Positions 1 through 9,818 of a stretch of DNA of 64,000 nt are shown here, one piece after another. Within the stretch, counting starts at the first letter, position 1. The number at the start of each line of letters is the position of its first letter. Location: the NCBI GenBank assembly GCA_018238545.1, contig JABCTC010000001.1:1-64000 (forward strand). Direction: 5' to 3'. Below the pieces are notes generated by a model. That model was not told the origin of the DNA, made no database searches, and saw nothing but the letters and a program-made list of their open reading frames with translations. Source of the DNA: Candidatus Heimdallarchaeota archaeon (lineage in GTDB: Archaea > Asgardarchaeota > Heimdallarchaeia > Heimdallarchaeales > Heimdallarchaeaceae). A program made the position numbers and the translations under genes.

Positions 1-1
1 T

Positions 2-685
2 TTCCACTCCTCTACCCTTCTCCACACCTATCTCCCGCTTATTTCAGGTCAGAAGAAGGCTGTTCTGGGTCTAGATATCAATCGCTTAGGAGTACATATG
101 TTGGCATTCAACACCTCCGTTTCTCTCCCTCCAAACGTCTTGCTTCTAGCTGAACGATATTCCCACCTTACAGCTAAAGTTCTCCCCGAACTTCATCGAG
201 GGTTGGTGCGCAAACGTAAAGCTCGAGACACTCATGGATTCTGTAAGTTGCAAGGAGAGCTCAATAGAGTTTATACTCGTCGCATGCGAATCATTCGCGA
301 GCTTACTCGCTGTTTACCACCCTTTCTTGCTGCAGTCATAGCGAAAAAACAGTGTAAAACCTTGAAAATTGAGCAGTTAACTGTTGACCCCTCAGGTACT
401 AAGGGTGCATTAGCTAAAGCTATTTACACCATGCCTGATAGTCTCTTTATTTACAAGAAAGCTGTCTGGTTAGCTTCTCAAGAGTTAGGTTATCAAGTGC
501 AATTAGAGTCTGTTCGCCCTTATCATACCAGTACTGTTCATTATGGTTGTGGGGGAACGTTAGTTCGCACCCAAAACCAGTATGATCATGCTCCTTGCAG
601 AAAATGTGGACGAAAAGTTAACACTCATACTAATGCTGCGCACAACATAGCTTCTCTCCCTGGTACGATCCTTCCTTCCTTCTGA
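2..685 (+). CDS. tnpB: TnpB-family RNA-guided nuclease-like protein, 5'-truncated by the window edge
   Basis: The frame of ORF 98..685 is open back to position 2 and adds KAVLGLDINRLG (RuvC-I). It also has LKIEQL (RuvC-II), an HYGC...CRKC zinc finger and NTHTNAAHNI (RuvC-III position, with H where D is expected). Confidence 0.85.
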   Translation, partial: FHSSTLLHTYLPLISGQKKAVLGLDINRLGVHMLAFNTSVSLPPNVLLLAERYSHLTAKVLPELHRGLVRKRKARDTHGFCKLQGELNRVYTRRMRIIRELTRCLPPFLAAVIAKKQCKTLKIEQLTVDPSGTKGALAKAIYTMPDSLFIYKKAVWLASQELGYQVQLESVRPYHTSTVHYGCGGTLVRTQNQYDHAPCRKCGRKVNTHTNAAHNIASLPGTILPSF

Positions 686-775
686 TCCTCTTCCCCTCAC
701 GTGCGTTGAGGGGACCCACTTAAACGACGGTTAGACCGCCTCTGGCAAGTTTGACCAAGTTTCATAACGTGCGTT
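686..775 (+). ncRNA. Putative omegaRNA/right-end region of the tnpB element
   Basis: GC-rich structured tract straight after the tnpB stop: hairpin TCCCCTCA/TGAGGGGA (692-714), small hairpin CGGT/ACCG (728-738), and direct repeats CAAGTTT (746, 756) and ACGTGCGTT (699, 767). Sequence turns abruptly AT-rich after ~775. Confidence 0.5.
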
Positions 776-822
776 TATATTTAAAAAGTTAATGGGGATC
801 TAAAATCGCTAAAATCGACCCA

Positions 823-1959
823 TTACTTATTTGCTAGTTTATAGAATAATTTCTCTATCTGATTAGTGACACTTAAGAAAGAAAACTCATTTCTAATTCT
901 CTTTTTTGCTTTCGAGGCTTTGTTTATGCACAGATCATAGCTATCTACACAATCAATAATTGTTTTTTCAAGTGATAGAGTGTTTCCAACCTCAAAGAGT
1001 GTACCTTCATTTCCATTATTTAGTAATCGAGGGATATCGCCAATGTCAGACCCTATAACAGGTATTCCCATAGCCATTGCTTCTATTATTACAGTAGGAG
1101 ACCCTTCCCAAAAACTTGGAAGAATTAAAAAGTTAGTTTTCTCAAGCAAGGATGGTATTTCTGTATGAATAACTGAACCAAACAATTTGACTCTATTCTC
1201 ATTTTCATATTTCTTCTTCAAAACCGGGTATAATGAACCTTGACCTATAAACCAGAAGATTATGTCTTTTCTATGTTTGAGAATATTATCGATAACTTTA
1301 GAATAATAAGAAATGCCTTTCCAAGGTTCAAGATCACCAACGTAAGAGATAATCATGTTTTTGCTTTGAACAGGTTTCACTTCAGGAAATAGACTTGTAT
1401 CTATTGCATTATTTACTAATGTTAATCTTTCCGGGTTAGAATGTAAACTGTCTTTCAGTAATTCTTTATCATATTGACTAACAGAAGCGATTATGTCGGC
1501 CTGAGATAAAACAAATCGCCCTAAAGTATAATCAAAAAACATCTTAGCAAACTCTTTCACAAAACCTGTTTTATAAGGAGGTCTACCTACACCACCATGA
1601 ATGTGTAGGAGAAGAGGTATTCTTCTGAACAACTTCGTGATTGCAGCTTGTATGGTTGTAAAATAGATGTAAGAGTGTACGTGAAATACATCAATGTTCT
1701 TTATTTTCATTAATTGATGGAGCATTATACATGCAGGATTAATTCCAAAAATATCCATGGGGCTGAAAAATCTATGAACTGTCATATTATCATAATAACT
1801 CTGATATGGTATCTTTGTCGATTTTTTTGTTGTGAACACATCTATATGATGTCCTCGACTTGCTAACTCTTTAGATAGATAATTTACATATCTTTCAGTG
1901 CCACCATAGCTCTTTGATCCAAAGAAAGGAGTCACTTGAACTATTCTAAGACTATCCAT
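823..1959 (-). CDS. Glycosyltransferase family 4
   Basis: GGTERY N-terminal motif; LPSFWEGSPTVIIEAMAMGIPVIGSDIG GT-B signature. Confidence 0.92.
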   Translation of the reverse strand: MDSLRIVQVTPFFGSKSYGGTERYVNYLSKELASRGHHIDVFTTKKSTKIPYQSYYDNMTVHRFFSPMDIFGINPACIMLHQLMKIKNIDVFHVHSYIYFTTIQAAITKLFRRIPLLLHIHGGVGRPPYKTGFVKEFAKMFFDYTLGRFVLSQADIIASVSQYDKELLKDSLHSNPERLTLVNNAIDTSLFPEVKPVQSKNMIISYVGDLEPWKGISYYSKVIDNILKHRKDIIFWFIGQGSLYPVLKKKYENENRVKLFGSVIHTEIPSLLEKTNFLILPSFWEGSPTVIIEAMAMGIPVIGSDIGDIPRLLNNGNEGTLFEVGNTLSLEKTIIDCVDSYDLCINKASKAKKRIRNEFSFLSVTNQIEKLFYKLANK

Positions 1960-1962
1960 ATT

Positions 1963-3732
1963 TTACACCCGAATATTGTAGAGAAGATAATTGTACCCAT
2001 TAGACATAACCAAATTAAACGTAGGTCGAGCGATAGTGAAGGGACCATAGTTGTAGTAACGTAACGTTCCTAGGTAATAGCTGATGTCGTCGTGGGAGAG
2101 ATAAAGTGGCGTGCGTAGCCACTGATCCATAACAGAGCCTATAACCACATATTTCAACCACGAAAATAATAGTCTGTTTGCATTGGTCTGAAGAGATGAA
2201 TTTGAATCAAGTAAGAGAGGTAAACTGTAGATGTTTATTCCATCAATATATTTGGAAACTGAAAATGACATGCTAGTAGTTGTGGGGCCTACATTAGCAA
2301 CAGCATTGAAACTATAAGCAAAGGTCATATTTTCATACGAACTTGTTAGATTATAACCAGGAAAATACTGTTCTCCCATATAAGTCATGCTAAAATAAGA
2401 GTTTGCTATTAATAGAATAAAAAATATTGGCAAGAATTTTCTTTTTACTTTACCAATTACATCAGAGATTGCTAGAAACGCTAGAATACTGATGAAAATT
2501 ATTGTAAAAATAAAAGTTCTAGGTGCTACCCAAGAAAGTTCGTGTTCAGCAGAACTGAAAACAAGAGAAAATACAACGGTCAACCCATAGAAACAAAAAC
2601 CTAAGGCAAATAGAGCTGATTTTACTGTATCCGGAAATAATAAAGCCACTCCACTCAAGAGAAATATAATTATCAATTCTACAGTAATATACCAAGAAGC
2701 AAGACTTGCAGTATAGTTAAACAATCCAACAATCTCTACAATAACTATACTCGTAACAAGACAAACCAATAAGCTAGTAATTATCTTCTTTCTTGTAAGG
2801 AAGGATTTCACTCTTTTGAAAAATGATTGAATACTGTTCTGAGCTTTTTCTGTAAAAAGTGAGAATAACGGTAATATAAGAAAGCGTTTTGTCAGATTTG
2901 ATAACTCTGTTTTTCGTGTGCGGAGAAGAAAACCAATAAGTGTCACAATTAACCACAAAATCAAGAGCATAAACTCGTTTCTTATGAATAGGTTGTACAA
3001 CATTTCATAGGTTTCATTTCTTGAGAAATAAAAATTTACAATTCCAAATTCTCTTGAATCCAATATAGTTTCAACAATTATCACGGCAGGGATCGCATAA
3101 ACTAAAGACAAAATGGTCTTCAAATTTTTAGAGAGAAAAATACTAGCAAAGAGAATTACAGGTAATAGAAAAATAGCTGATAGATGATGTACTTTTACAG
3201 TTACTATGGCTAGAAAACCAGCTATAATCTGACTTCGTAATCGCTCTTGCTTGCACAAATACATATACAAACACAAACTAAACAAACCTATCCCTAAAGT
3301 ATTAGGTCGTCCTAAGAGCATCTGAATCCCAATGATCGAGGGGAAAAGAAGTACCAGAGCAAGATACTTGAGATTGAAAACATGAGAAGTATAACCTTGT
3401 TTTTTCTTTTCTAGGTGGCGAATGAATGCAATTATTGAAAAATCAAAGAGCAAAATGGGGACCATTATACTAACAAATTCAAAGATAATGCTTGGTTTCA
3501 ATCCTGTCAATGCCGATAAAGCTGAGGCAAACACATGAAAACCTATAAAATCATAATATGATTTTGCGATATCCAGTTCGATTATGTGCTGATTACCTAG
3601 GATAGAATCAACATATTGTAAATGTATATACGCATCAAATCCATACATTCCCACATTGAAATATAAAATTAGAAACACTAGAAGTAGTTGTCCAAGTACT
3701 ATTGCGGGAATGAAAAATGATTTTCGAGACAC
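1963..3732 (-). CDS. Polytopic membrane protein, probable GT-C-fold glycosyltransferase-like
   Basis: More than 10 hydrophobic segments; GFDAYIH acidic loop motif after TM1 and HHLS motif; lies in the glycosylation cluster. Confidence 0.55.
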   Translation of the reverse strand: MSRKSFFIPAIVLGQLLLVFLILYFNVGMYGFDAYIHLQYVDSILGNQHIIELDIAKSYYDFIGFHVFASALSALTGLKPSIIFEFVSIMVPILLFDFSIIAFIRHLEKKKQGYTSHVFNLKYLALVLLFPSIIGIQMLLGRPNTLGIGLFSLCLYMYLCKQERLRSQIIAGFLAIVTVKVHHLSAIFLLPVILFASIFLSKNLKTILSLVYAIPAVIIVETILDSREFGIVNFYFSRNETYEMLYNLFIRNEFMLLILWLIVTLIGFLLRTRKTELSNLTKRFLILPLFSLFTEKAQNSIQSFFKRVKSFLTRKKIITSLLVCLVTSIVIVEIVGLFNYTASLASWYITVELIIIFLLSGVALLFPDTVKSALFALGFCFYGLTVVFSLVFSSAEHELSWVAPRTFIFTIIFISILAFLAISDVIGKVKRKFLPIFFILLIANSYFSMTYMGEQYFPGYNLTSSYENMTFAYSFNAVANVGPTTTSMSFSVSKYIDGINIYSLPLLLDSNSSLQTNANRLLFSWLKYVVIGSVMDQWLRTPLYLSHDDISYYLGTLRYYNYGPFTIARPTFNLVMSNGYNYLLYNIRV

Positions 3733-3740
3733 ATTTACAC

Positions 3741-4415
3741 CTAACTATATTCTTTCAAATATTCTTCTATTGCTTCTTCTGGTTCAAAAAGGGGAGCTCC
3801 ATGACCAGGTAATATCACACTTGGTTTTGATTCCCTAAGTAATTTGATAGAAGATTTTAGAGCTTGTTCGTAATCTAGAGCATATCCCTTGTTTGGAGGT
3901 ATTAATTTCGTACCCTTCTTATCAGTGTTTAATATATCGCTACAGAACAATGCATGATTTTCTACATCTTCCAAAGCTATACTTCCTGGTGTGTGACCAG
4001 GTAAATAAAAAACTTTCAATCCATAGATTACTTCATAATTAGTGACAATCTGATCAACAGTGTAGCTAGATGAAAAAAATATCTTACTAAATAAAGAAAA
4101 TAATTTCCCAGCAAAACCCTCTTTTGTTGGCATGTCTTTAATTTTCATTACATAGTCTCTTTCCTCTTTATGTGCTATAACTGTTGAACCATATAATTGC
4201 CCTAGAGTCTCTAATCCGGCCATATGGTCTTGATGAGCATGAGTTATAATTATGCCAGCAAGAGGTTTATCCGCGCAAAAAGATTTAATTGTATCAATCA
4301 CTTTTTTTGCCTTTTTGCTCATTCCAGTATCTATTAGAACGGAGTGATGTTCTCTCTCTATCAAATAGCAATTGACAAAACCTGGAATCAGATAAATATC
4401 ATCTAGAATTCTCAT
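3741..4415 (-). CDS. Metallo-beta-lactamase-fold hydrolase
   Basis: LIDTG, THAHQDH, PGHTPGS and PGHG motifs. Confidence 0.9.
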   Translation of the reverse strand: MRILDDIYLIPGFVNCYLIEREHHSVLIDTGMSKKAKKVIDTIKSFCADKPLAGIIITHAHQDHMAGLETLGQLYGSTVIAHKEERDYVMKIKDMPTKEGFAGKLFSLFSKIFFSSSYTVDQIVTNYEVIYGLKVFYLPGHTPGSIALEDVENHALFCSDILNTDKKGTKLIPPNKGYALDYEQALKSSIKLLRESKPSVILPGHGAPLFEPEEAIEEYLKEYS

Positions 4416-4446
4416 TATTCTTTATATCTAAGTTGTACTTTTAAAA

Positions 4447-5616
4447 TCATTCCATTTTTCTCTCGCTAATTTTAGAGAAAAACTCATGACTGCAATGAGG
4501 GCATCCTTTAGTTTTCAATTCTTCAATTGTTGAAAATAATTGGTTAATCCCTAAATCAATGCTGGATTTGCAATTGAGACACTCATAAGTACGGATTACA
4601 GGATTAATCTCTCCTGTGTAAAGAGAGGACTTGTATTCACCTACAATTAATGGCGTAGCTGGATGAATAATTTCGAATCTGTACAAAGTAGATATACCAG
4701 CTAATTTCTGAGCTCCGATGTATTTGTTGAGATTTGGAACTATGTTGGTTATTGCGCAATTCATCTGGACTAAGCTTCTCTCCAATTCTAATATCTCAAT
4801 TGGGGATTTTACACCAAATGAAAGATATCCCACACCATTGTGTTTATCTGAAAGTAGTGTTAGACCACGTGAGATAAATAAATTCAACCCGTGAATAGTA
4901 TATGGTGGATCAGTGGAAATACAATCAAATTTCTTTTGATATTCAGTAGGGATAGGTTTTCTTAAATCGTGCTCAATAAATTCTATTTGTACACTGTTCC
5001 CTTGATTGGCAGAGTCTATAATCTCCTCTAATCGTTTATCCACATCAAAAACTGCAATTCTGGATGATTTATTAGCAAACATAGCTAAAGCGATACTTGT
5101 CAAATCACCATCACCCAAGAAGGCAAAGTTTCCTCTTACAAGATCATAATTTTGACTCATATAGAAAACTCTAGCCAAGCTAGTTCTTGGAGTAGCGAAG
5201 GATTGATCCAATTGAGTTAAGGGTTTACCTCTCATATTACTATATTTTTTCATCATTTCCAGTTCTTTCTGAAACTTTGAATAAGGAATAGTCATACTGG
5301 ATCCACTGCATCTAGTGCATTCAAACCCCTCATTAAAACCACTAAAAGAATTGAAAACATCGTGTCCTAATGGTGTAAGAAAAGCACCCTTTTTCCCCTT
5401 CGACACCCAACCAAGTTTCTCAAATTCATTTCGTATTGCTACACATATTGGAACTGGTAGCTTGCTTTCTTGAGCTACTTTACGCATAGGTTCTTCAGGA
5501 AAACGAGAAATAACCGCCAAGTTACGTAAAATACCAATGAATCCTTCTTTTATTGCTACATTTTGGGTAATCTCATGTAGTTGCTCAAGAAAAGTTAATT
5601 TTTTCATTAATAACAT
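4447..5616 (-). CDS. bpsA: Branched-chain polyamine synthase-like aminopropyltransferase (DUF43/BpsA family)
   Basis: QLDQSFATP, FLGDGDLTSIA (GDDD-like), DVDKRL, HDLRKPIP, TDPPYT motifs; extra CxxC pairs. Confidence 0.75.
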   Translation of the reverse strand: MLLMKKLTFLEQLHEITQNVAIKEGFIGILRNLAVISRFPEEPMRKVAQESKLPVPICVAIRNEFEKLGWVSKGKKGAFLTPLGHDVFNSFSGFNEGFECTRCSGSSMTIPYSKFQKELEMMKKYSNMRGKPLTQLDQSFATPRTSLARVFYMSQNYDLVRGNFAFLGDGDLTSIALAMFANKSSRIAVFDVDKRLEEIIDSANQGNSVQIEFIEHDLRKPIPTEYQKKFDCISTDPPYTIHGLNLFISRGLTLLSDKHNGVGYLSFGVKSPIEILELERSLVQMNCAITNIVPNLNKYIGAQKLAGISTLYRFEIIHPATPLIVGEYKSSLYTGEINPVIRTYECLNCKSSIDLGINQLFSTIEELKTKGCPHCSHEFFSKISERKME

Positions 5617-5726
5617 TAGAAAACAATACTTTAATAATTTTTCAATAAGAAGGCAATATTTTTCAATTTCAAAATAATAAGGACTATATACCTTCTTGTA
5701 TCGAAAAAATAGATCCGTGTGATAAA

Positions 5727-7016
5727 ATGAAGGAAATTGAAGATAAAATCAAACATTATCCGTATCTTAAGTATGAAGAAAACCTTCTTCACATTAACAA
5801 AAAATCGTCTTTAGATATATCAGAAAAGATAGCTACACCTTTCTTTCTTTATCTACCTGAACGTTTTGAACATAATTATAATCAATTAAAATCAGCTTTG
5901 AGTAAGCATGTTGCTAAATCAAACATCTCATATGCAATCAAGGCAAATTATTTAGGTCGTTTACTTCAGCAAGCTAAATCTTTGAACATGAATGTTGAAG
6001 CTATGTCCCTTTTTGAATTGTTACTAGCGGAAAAAGCTGGATTCAAATATAATCAAATTGTGTTTAATGGACCAGCAAAAACAGTGCAAGAATTGGAATT
6101 AGCTATTACAAATGGGATTCAACATTTGAATATTGAATCTATGAATGAACTTCAAACTATAGAAAATATTGCTAAAGTTAAAGAGATTAAACAAGAAATT
6201 ACAATTAGAATTCATCCTTTGTTAAGTGAGGAAACAGAAAAGAAATTGTTAATCAAGAAGAATAGCAAGTTAGGAATAGATTACGACAGAGCAATAAAAC
6301 TTTACAAATATGCTAAAAACAGTCCTTATCTTGAACCTAATGGTGTTCATGTTCATGTTGGGACCAATCTTATTTCTCACACATTTTTTGAAGAGTTGCT
6401 AGTTTTTATGAATAATTACATCAAGGATTTAGTGAACAAACATGGGATTAAGATTGAACACTTAAATCTTGGTGGGGGTCTTGCAAGCAAAAGTACACTT
6501 GATTTAAATGATTTTGATTTAAATCGATATGCAGAACAGATTTCAATAAGTATTGAAAATATAGACGACATGACCGTTATACTTGAACCCGGGAGATATC
6601 TCGTAGAGGATAGTTTTGTTGCCATTGCCAAAGTTTTGCGAACAAAGAGCTCGTGGGGAAGAAAATGGGCATTTATTGATGTAGGGGCAAATTCACTTAT
6701 ACCAATGCGATATTCACATTACACAGCTATTCCAGGTCAAATCAAAGGGAAGGGGCCATATTGTAGAATTGGGGGGCCTTTATGTCTCCCCGTTGATGTG
6801 ATTTCAAATGATTCTGTAATCTACCAAATCGATGAAGGGGATCAAATAGTGATTCTCAATTGTGGTGCATATACACTCTCAATGAGTGAACAATTTGGAT
6901 ATCCTCGTCCTGCTGTATATGAATTAGATAAAATAGGTAAAACTAGGATTATCAAAAAGGCTGACAATATCGAAGATATGGTGAAAGAAGCTTTCAGTTT
7001 TGAAACTGATAATTAG
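5727..7016 (+). CDS. PLP-dependent fold-III (Orn/DAP/Arg family) decarboxylase; substrate uncertain
   Basis: YAIKAN (PLP lysine), HVHVGT, LGGG, EPGRY, GPLCLPVD and GAY motifs. Confidence 0.85.
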   Translation: MKEIEDKIKHYPYLKYEENLLHINKKSSLDISEKIATPFFLYLPERFEHNYNQLKSALSKHVAKSNISYAIKANYLGRLLQQAKSLNMNVEAMSLFELLLAEKAGFKYNQIVFNGPAKTVQELELAITNGIQHLNIESMNELQTIENIAKVKEIKQEITIRIHPLLSEETEKKLLIKKNSKLGIDYDRAIKLYKYAKNSPYLEPNGVHVHVGTNLISHTFFEELLVFMNNYIKDLVNKHGIKIEHLNLGGGLASKSTLDLNDFDLNRYAEQISISIENIDDMTVILEPGRYLVEDSFVAIAKVLRTKSSWGRKWAFIDVGANSLIPMRYSHYTAIPGQIKGKGPYCRIGGPLCLPVDVISNDSVIYQIDEGDQIVILNCGAYTLSMSEQFGYPRPAVYELDKIGKTRIIKKADNIEDMVKEAFSFETDN

Positions 7017-7039
7017 TCAAGAACTTGTAATAAGAAAAA

Positions 7040-7564
7040 TTGGTTGATTCTATGGAAAATACTTCTGACGAGAAAATATGTAGTATAATATGCAAAAGCA
7101 AGTGTTGTCGCAGCACTCCAGCAGCATTGACAAAAGAAGATTTCAACAGAATAGAAGCAAATACAAAGAAGAAGGAATGGTTCAGAACTATCAACGAAAA
7201 AAATAATATTCGTGTTGTTGGTAAAAAAGAAAATCTAGTTGATTGCTATTTTCTTTCAGAAGAAGGTTTATGCCGCATCTATAAGTATCGACCGCTTGAT
7301 TGTAAACTATTTCCTCTTTTTGTGAAAATCAAGTCTGAGGGAGAAAAGGAGTATAGACTCAGGTGGTATGTATGGTATTGTCCACTTACAGAACAAAAAG
7401 GAATAGAAGAATTACTTAAGAAAGCTGAAACAATTGTTCATGACTATTTACTTGTTAAACCTGAGATTATATTTGATTATCAAAAAGCAATGGATGAATC
7501 TGGGGGTTACAAAAAGAAGCATTTTTTGAAGGAAGAATTATTAACAATAAAATCTAACGATTAG
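7040..7564 (+). CDS. YkgJ-family cysteine-cluster protein
   Basis: CxxxCxxxCC ... CYFL ... CRIYKYRPLDCKLFP pattern. Confidence 0.85.
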   Translation: MVDSMENTSDEKICSIICKSKCCRSTPAALTKEDFNRIEANTKKKEWFRTINEKNNIRVVGKKENLVDCYFLSEEGLCRIYKYRPLDCKLFPLFVKIKSEGEKEYRLRWYVWYCPLTEQKGIEELLKKAETIVHDYLLVKPEIIFDYQKAMDESGGYKKKHFLKEELLTIKSND

Positions 7565-7569
7565 TAAGA

Positions 7570-8559
7570 ATGAAAACTGTCTCTGTAATCATCCCTACAT
7601 ACAATAATGCAAAAACACTTAGAGCGTGTCTACAATCTATAGTTAAACAAACCGTTAAACCACTTGAAATCATCATTTCAGATGGACACTCTACCGATGG
7701 GTCAATTGATATTGCAAAAGAATTTAATTGTACAATTACATATGAGGATGGCGGGTCCAGATCTGCAGCATGTAATAAAGCTCTGGAGATTTCACAAGGA
7801 GAGATTGTGGCTTTTACTGACTCGGATGTTATAGCTAAAGAAGATTGGTTAGAAAAATTAGTTAGCGCTTTTGAGGAAACTCAAGATGAAAAGATTGCGT
7901 GCGTAACTGGACCAAATATTGAATATCCAAATGAAAGTGTTTTTGGGAAAGCAGTAAGTGCAGTTTATAATACGTTTCTAGGTGGAAAATGGTCAGAACA
8001 AGTTCAAAGTATATTTAACAAAGAAAAACGATTTGTTGAAAGTGCTGCTGGATGCAATGCAGCTTATAAGAGAACAGCTTTAAATGAGATACTGCCATTT
8101 AATGAATCATTAATTACAGCTGAAGACACAGACATTAATTTTAGATTAATACAAAAAGGTTATTTGATTTTGTTTATCCCAGAAGCTATAGTATATCATC
8201 AACGCCCGCAAAGCCACAAATCATTCCGCAATAAATCAAAGAAGTATGCGTTAGGAAAAGTGCAATTTTACAGGTTACACAAAACAGGGTTAGAGATATG
8301 GCACCTTTTACCACCAATTTACTTTGTATCAGGTCTTTTTCTTATGTCTCTGTTATTAGTAAAATTATGGTGCGGATGGATCGTTCTAGGGTATTATGGA
8401 GTTTATTTACTTACAATTCTAATAGCTTCAATTGTACAGACAATACGCTTTAAACAACCCTCTTTCCTCTATTTGCTACCCATCATGTTTATAGAAGGAC
8501 ACATATGGTGGAGCATAGGTATTCTGAAAGAGATATTTAACCCACATTTCAAGAAGTGA
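7570..8559 (+). CDS. Glycosyltransferase family 2 with C-terminal TM helices
   Basis: VSVIIPTYN, DGHSTD, FTDSD (DxD) and AEDTD motifs. Confidence 0.92.
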   Translation: MKTVSVIIPTYNNAKTLRACLQSIVKQTVKPLEIIISDGHSTDGSIDIAKEFNCTITYEDGGSRSAACNKALEISQGEIVAFTDSDVIAKEDWLEKLVSAFEETQDEKIACVTGPNIEYPNESVFGKAVSAVYNTFLGGKWSEQVQSIFNKEKRFVESAAGCNAAYKRTALNEILPFNESLITAEDTDINFRLIQKGYLILFIPEAIVYHQRPQSHKSFRNKSKKYALGKVQFYRLHKTGLEIWHLLPPIYFVSGLFLMSLLLVKLWCGWIVLGYYGVYLLTILIASIVQTIRFKQPSFLYLLPIMFIEGHIWWSIGILKEIFNPHFKK

Positions 8560-9779
8560 GAAAAATGGTATTGAATATTACTATGCTCTTTGAACTGGGA
8601 CCTAATGATGAAGGAGTTATTGGAGGGGGCGTGGAATTACACGCCATCAATCTTTCAAAAGAACTGGTTAAGATGGGGCACAATGTAACATATTTGACCG
8701 GAGTTATACCCAATTCAAAAAAAGATACAATAATCGATGGTGTGGACATAAAAAGAATAGATTATCTCTCGCTTATCAGTAAAGCATATGATCCTCAGCA
8801 ACTAAAATTTTCGAGGCAACTTTTCTTTCTACTAAAAACGAAATTTCTTAGGAAAAAAGTGCATGATTCAATAGAGAACACTGACATTTTCCATGGACAT
8901 ATATATTCTTCAGGGCTAGCAGCATGTTTTTTGAGTAAAAAAGGAAAAGCAAAGGCAATAAATACCATCCATGGGTCTTACTATAAGTACTGGAATGAAC
9001 TAACTAGAAACCCTTTTGCTGTATGGTTTTACAAAGGAATGGAGAGACGATTAGCACCGTTGCTTGCAAGAAAAGCAGATTATCAGATACATACAGATTA
9101 TGATTTTGCAGAGACTGTGAAAAAATGGTGTAAACCAAAGAATGCAAAGAAGGTTGTAACTGTCCTAAATGGCGTAGATATTAAAAAATTCGATTACAAG
9201 ACCCAACCAAATCCTACTCTATCAGAAGAAGAAGGCCCCATCATCATGACAACAAGGAGGTTAGTTGTGAAAAATGGAGTTATATTCTTGGTAAGAAGTT
9301 TCAAGAAAATCATTGAAAAATATCCTTTAGCAAAGTTATACATTATTGGAGATGGACCAGAAAAAAACAACATATACCATGAAGTCCAGAGCTTAGGATT
9401 AGAGAAAAACGTGAATTTTGTAGGAATGGTGCCTAACGATAGTATTCCTTCATTTTTATCTGGAGCAGATATAATCGTAGTCCCAAGTATCGTCGAAGCA
9501 TCAAGCATAAGTGTTCTTGAAGCAATGGCCATGAAAAAACCTGTAGTTGCATCTGATATTCCAGGCATTAGGGAAATAACAAAGAAGGGAGAACATTGTA
9601 TTTTAGTTAAATCAAAAAATACCTCACAATTAGCAGATGGAATTCTGGGTTTACTGAAAGATAAAGAAAAATCTGAACGAATTGCACAATTAGGTTATAA
9701 TGAAGTAACGACCAACTTCTCTTGGAAAAAGAAAGCCAAGGAAATTGAACAAATATATTTTAATGCTTTAGAACATTAA
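8556..9779 (+). CDS. Glycosyltransferase family 4
   Basis: GGVELH; PSIVEASSISVLEAMAMKKPVVASDIPG. Confidence 0.92.
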   Translation: MRKMVLNITMLFELGPNDEGVIGGGVELHAINLSKELVKMGHNVTYLTGVIPNSKKDTIIDGVDIKRIDYLSLISKAYDPQQLKFSRQLFFLLKTKFLRKKVHDSIENTDIFHGHIYSSGLAACFLSKKGKAKAINTIHGSYYKYWNELTRNPFAVWFYKGMERRLAPLLARKADYQIHTDYDFAETVKKWCKPKNAKKVVTVLNGVDIKKFDYKTQPNPTLSEEEGPIIMTTRRLVVKNGVIFLVRSFKKIIEKYPLAKLYIIGDGPEKNNIYHEVQSLGLEKNVNFVGMVPNDSIPSFLSGADIIVVPSIVEASSISVLEAMAMKKPVVASDIPGIREITKKGEHCILVKSKNTSQLADGILGLLKDKEKSERIAQLGYNEVTTNFSWKKKAKEIEQIYFNALEH

Positions 9780-9818
9780 TTACTTGAAGAAAACATACAT
9801 ATTTGTGAGCTTATAACA

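Noticed and set aside
5727-7016. Calling this gene lysA
   Set aside because: The specificity motif is CLPVD rather than CESGD, and there are no lysine-pathway neighbours.
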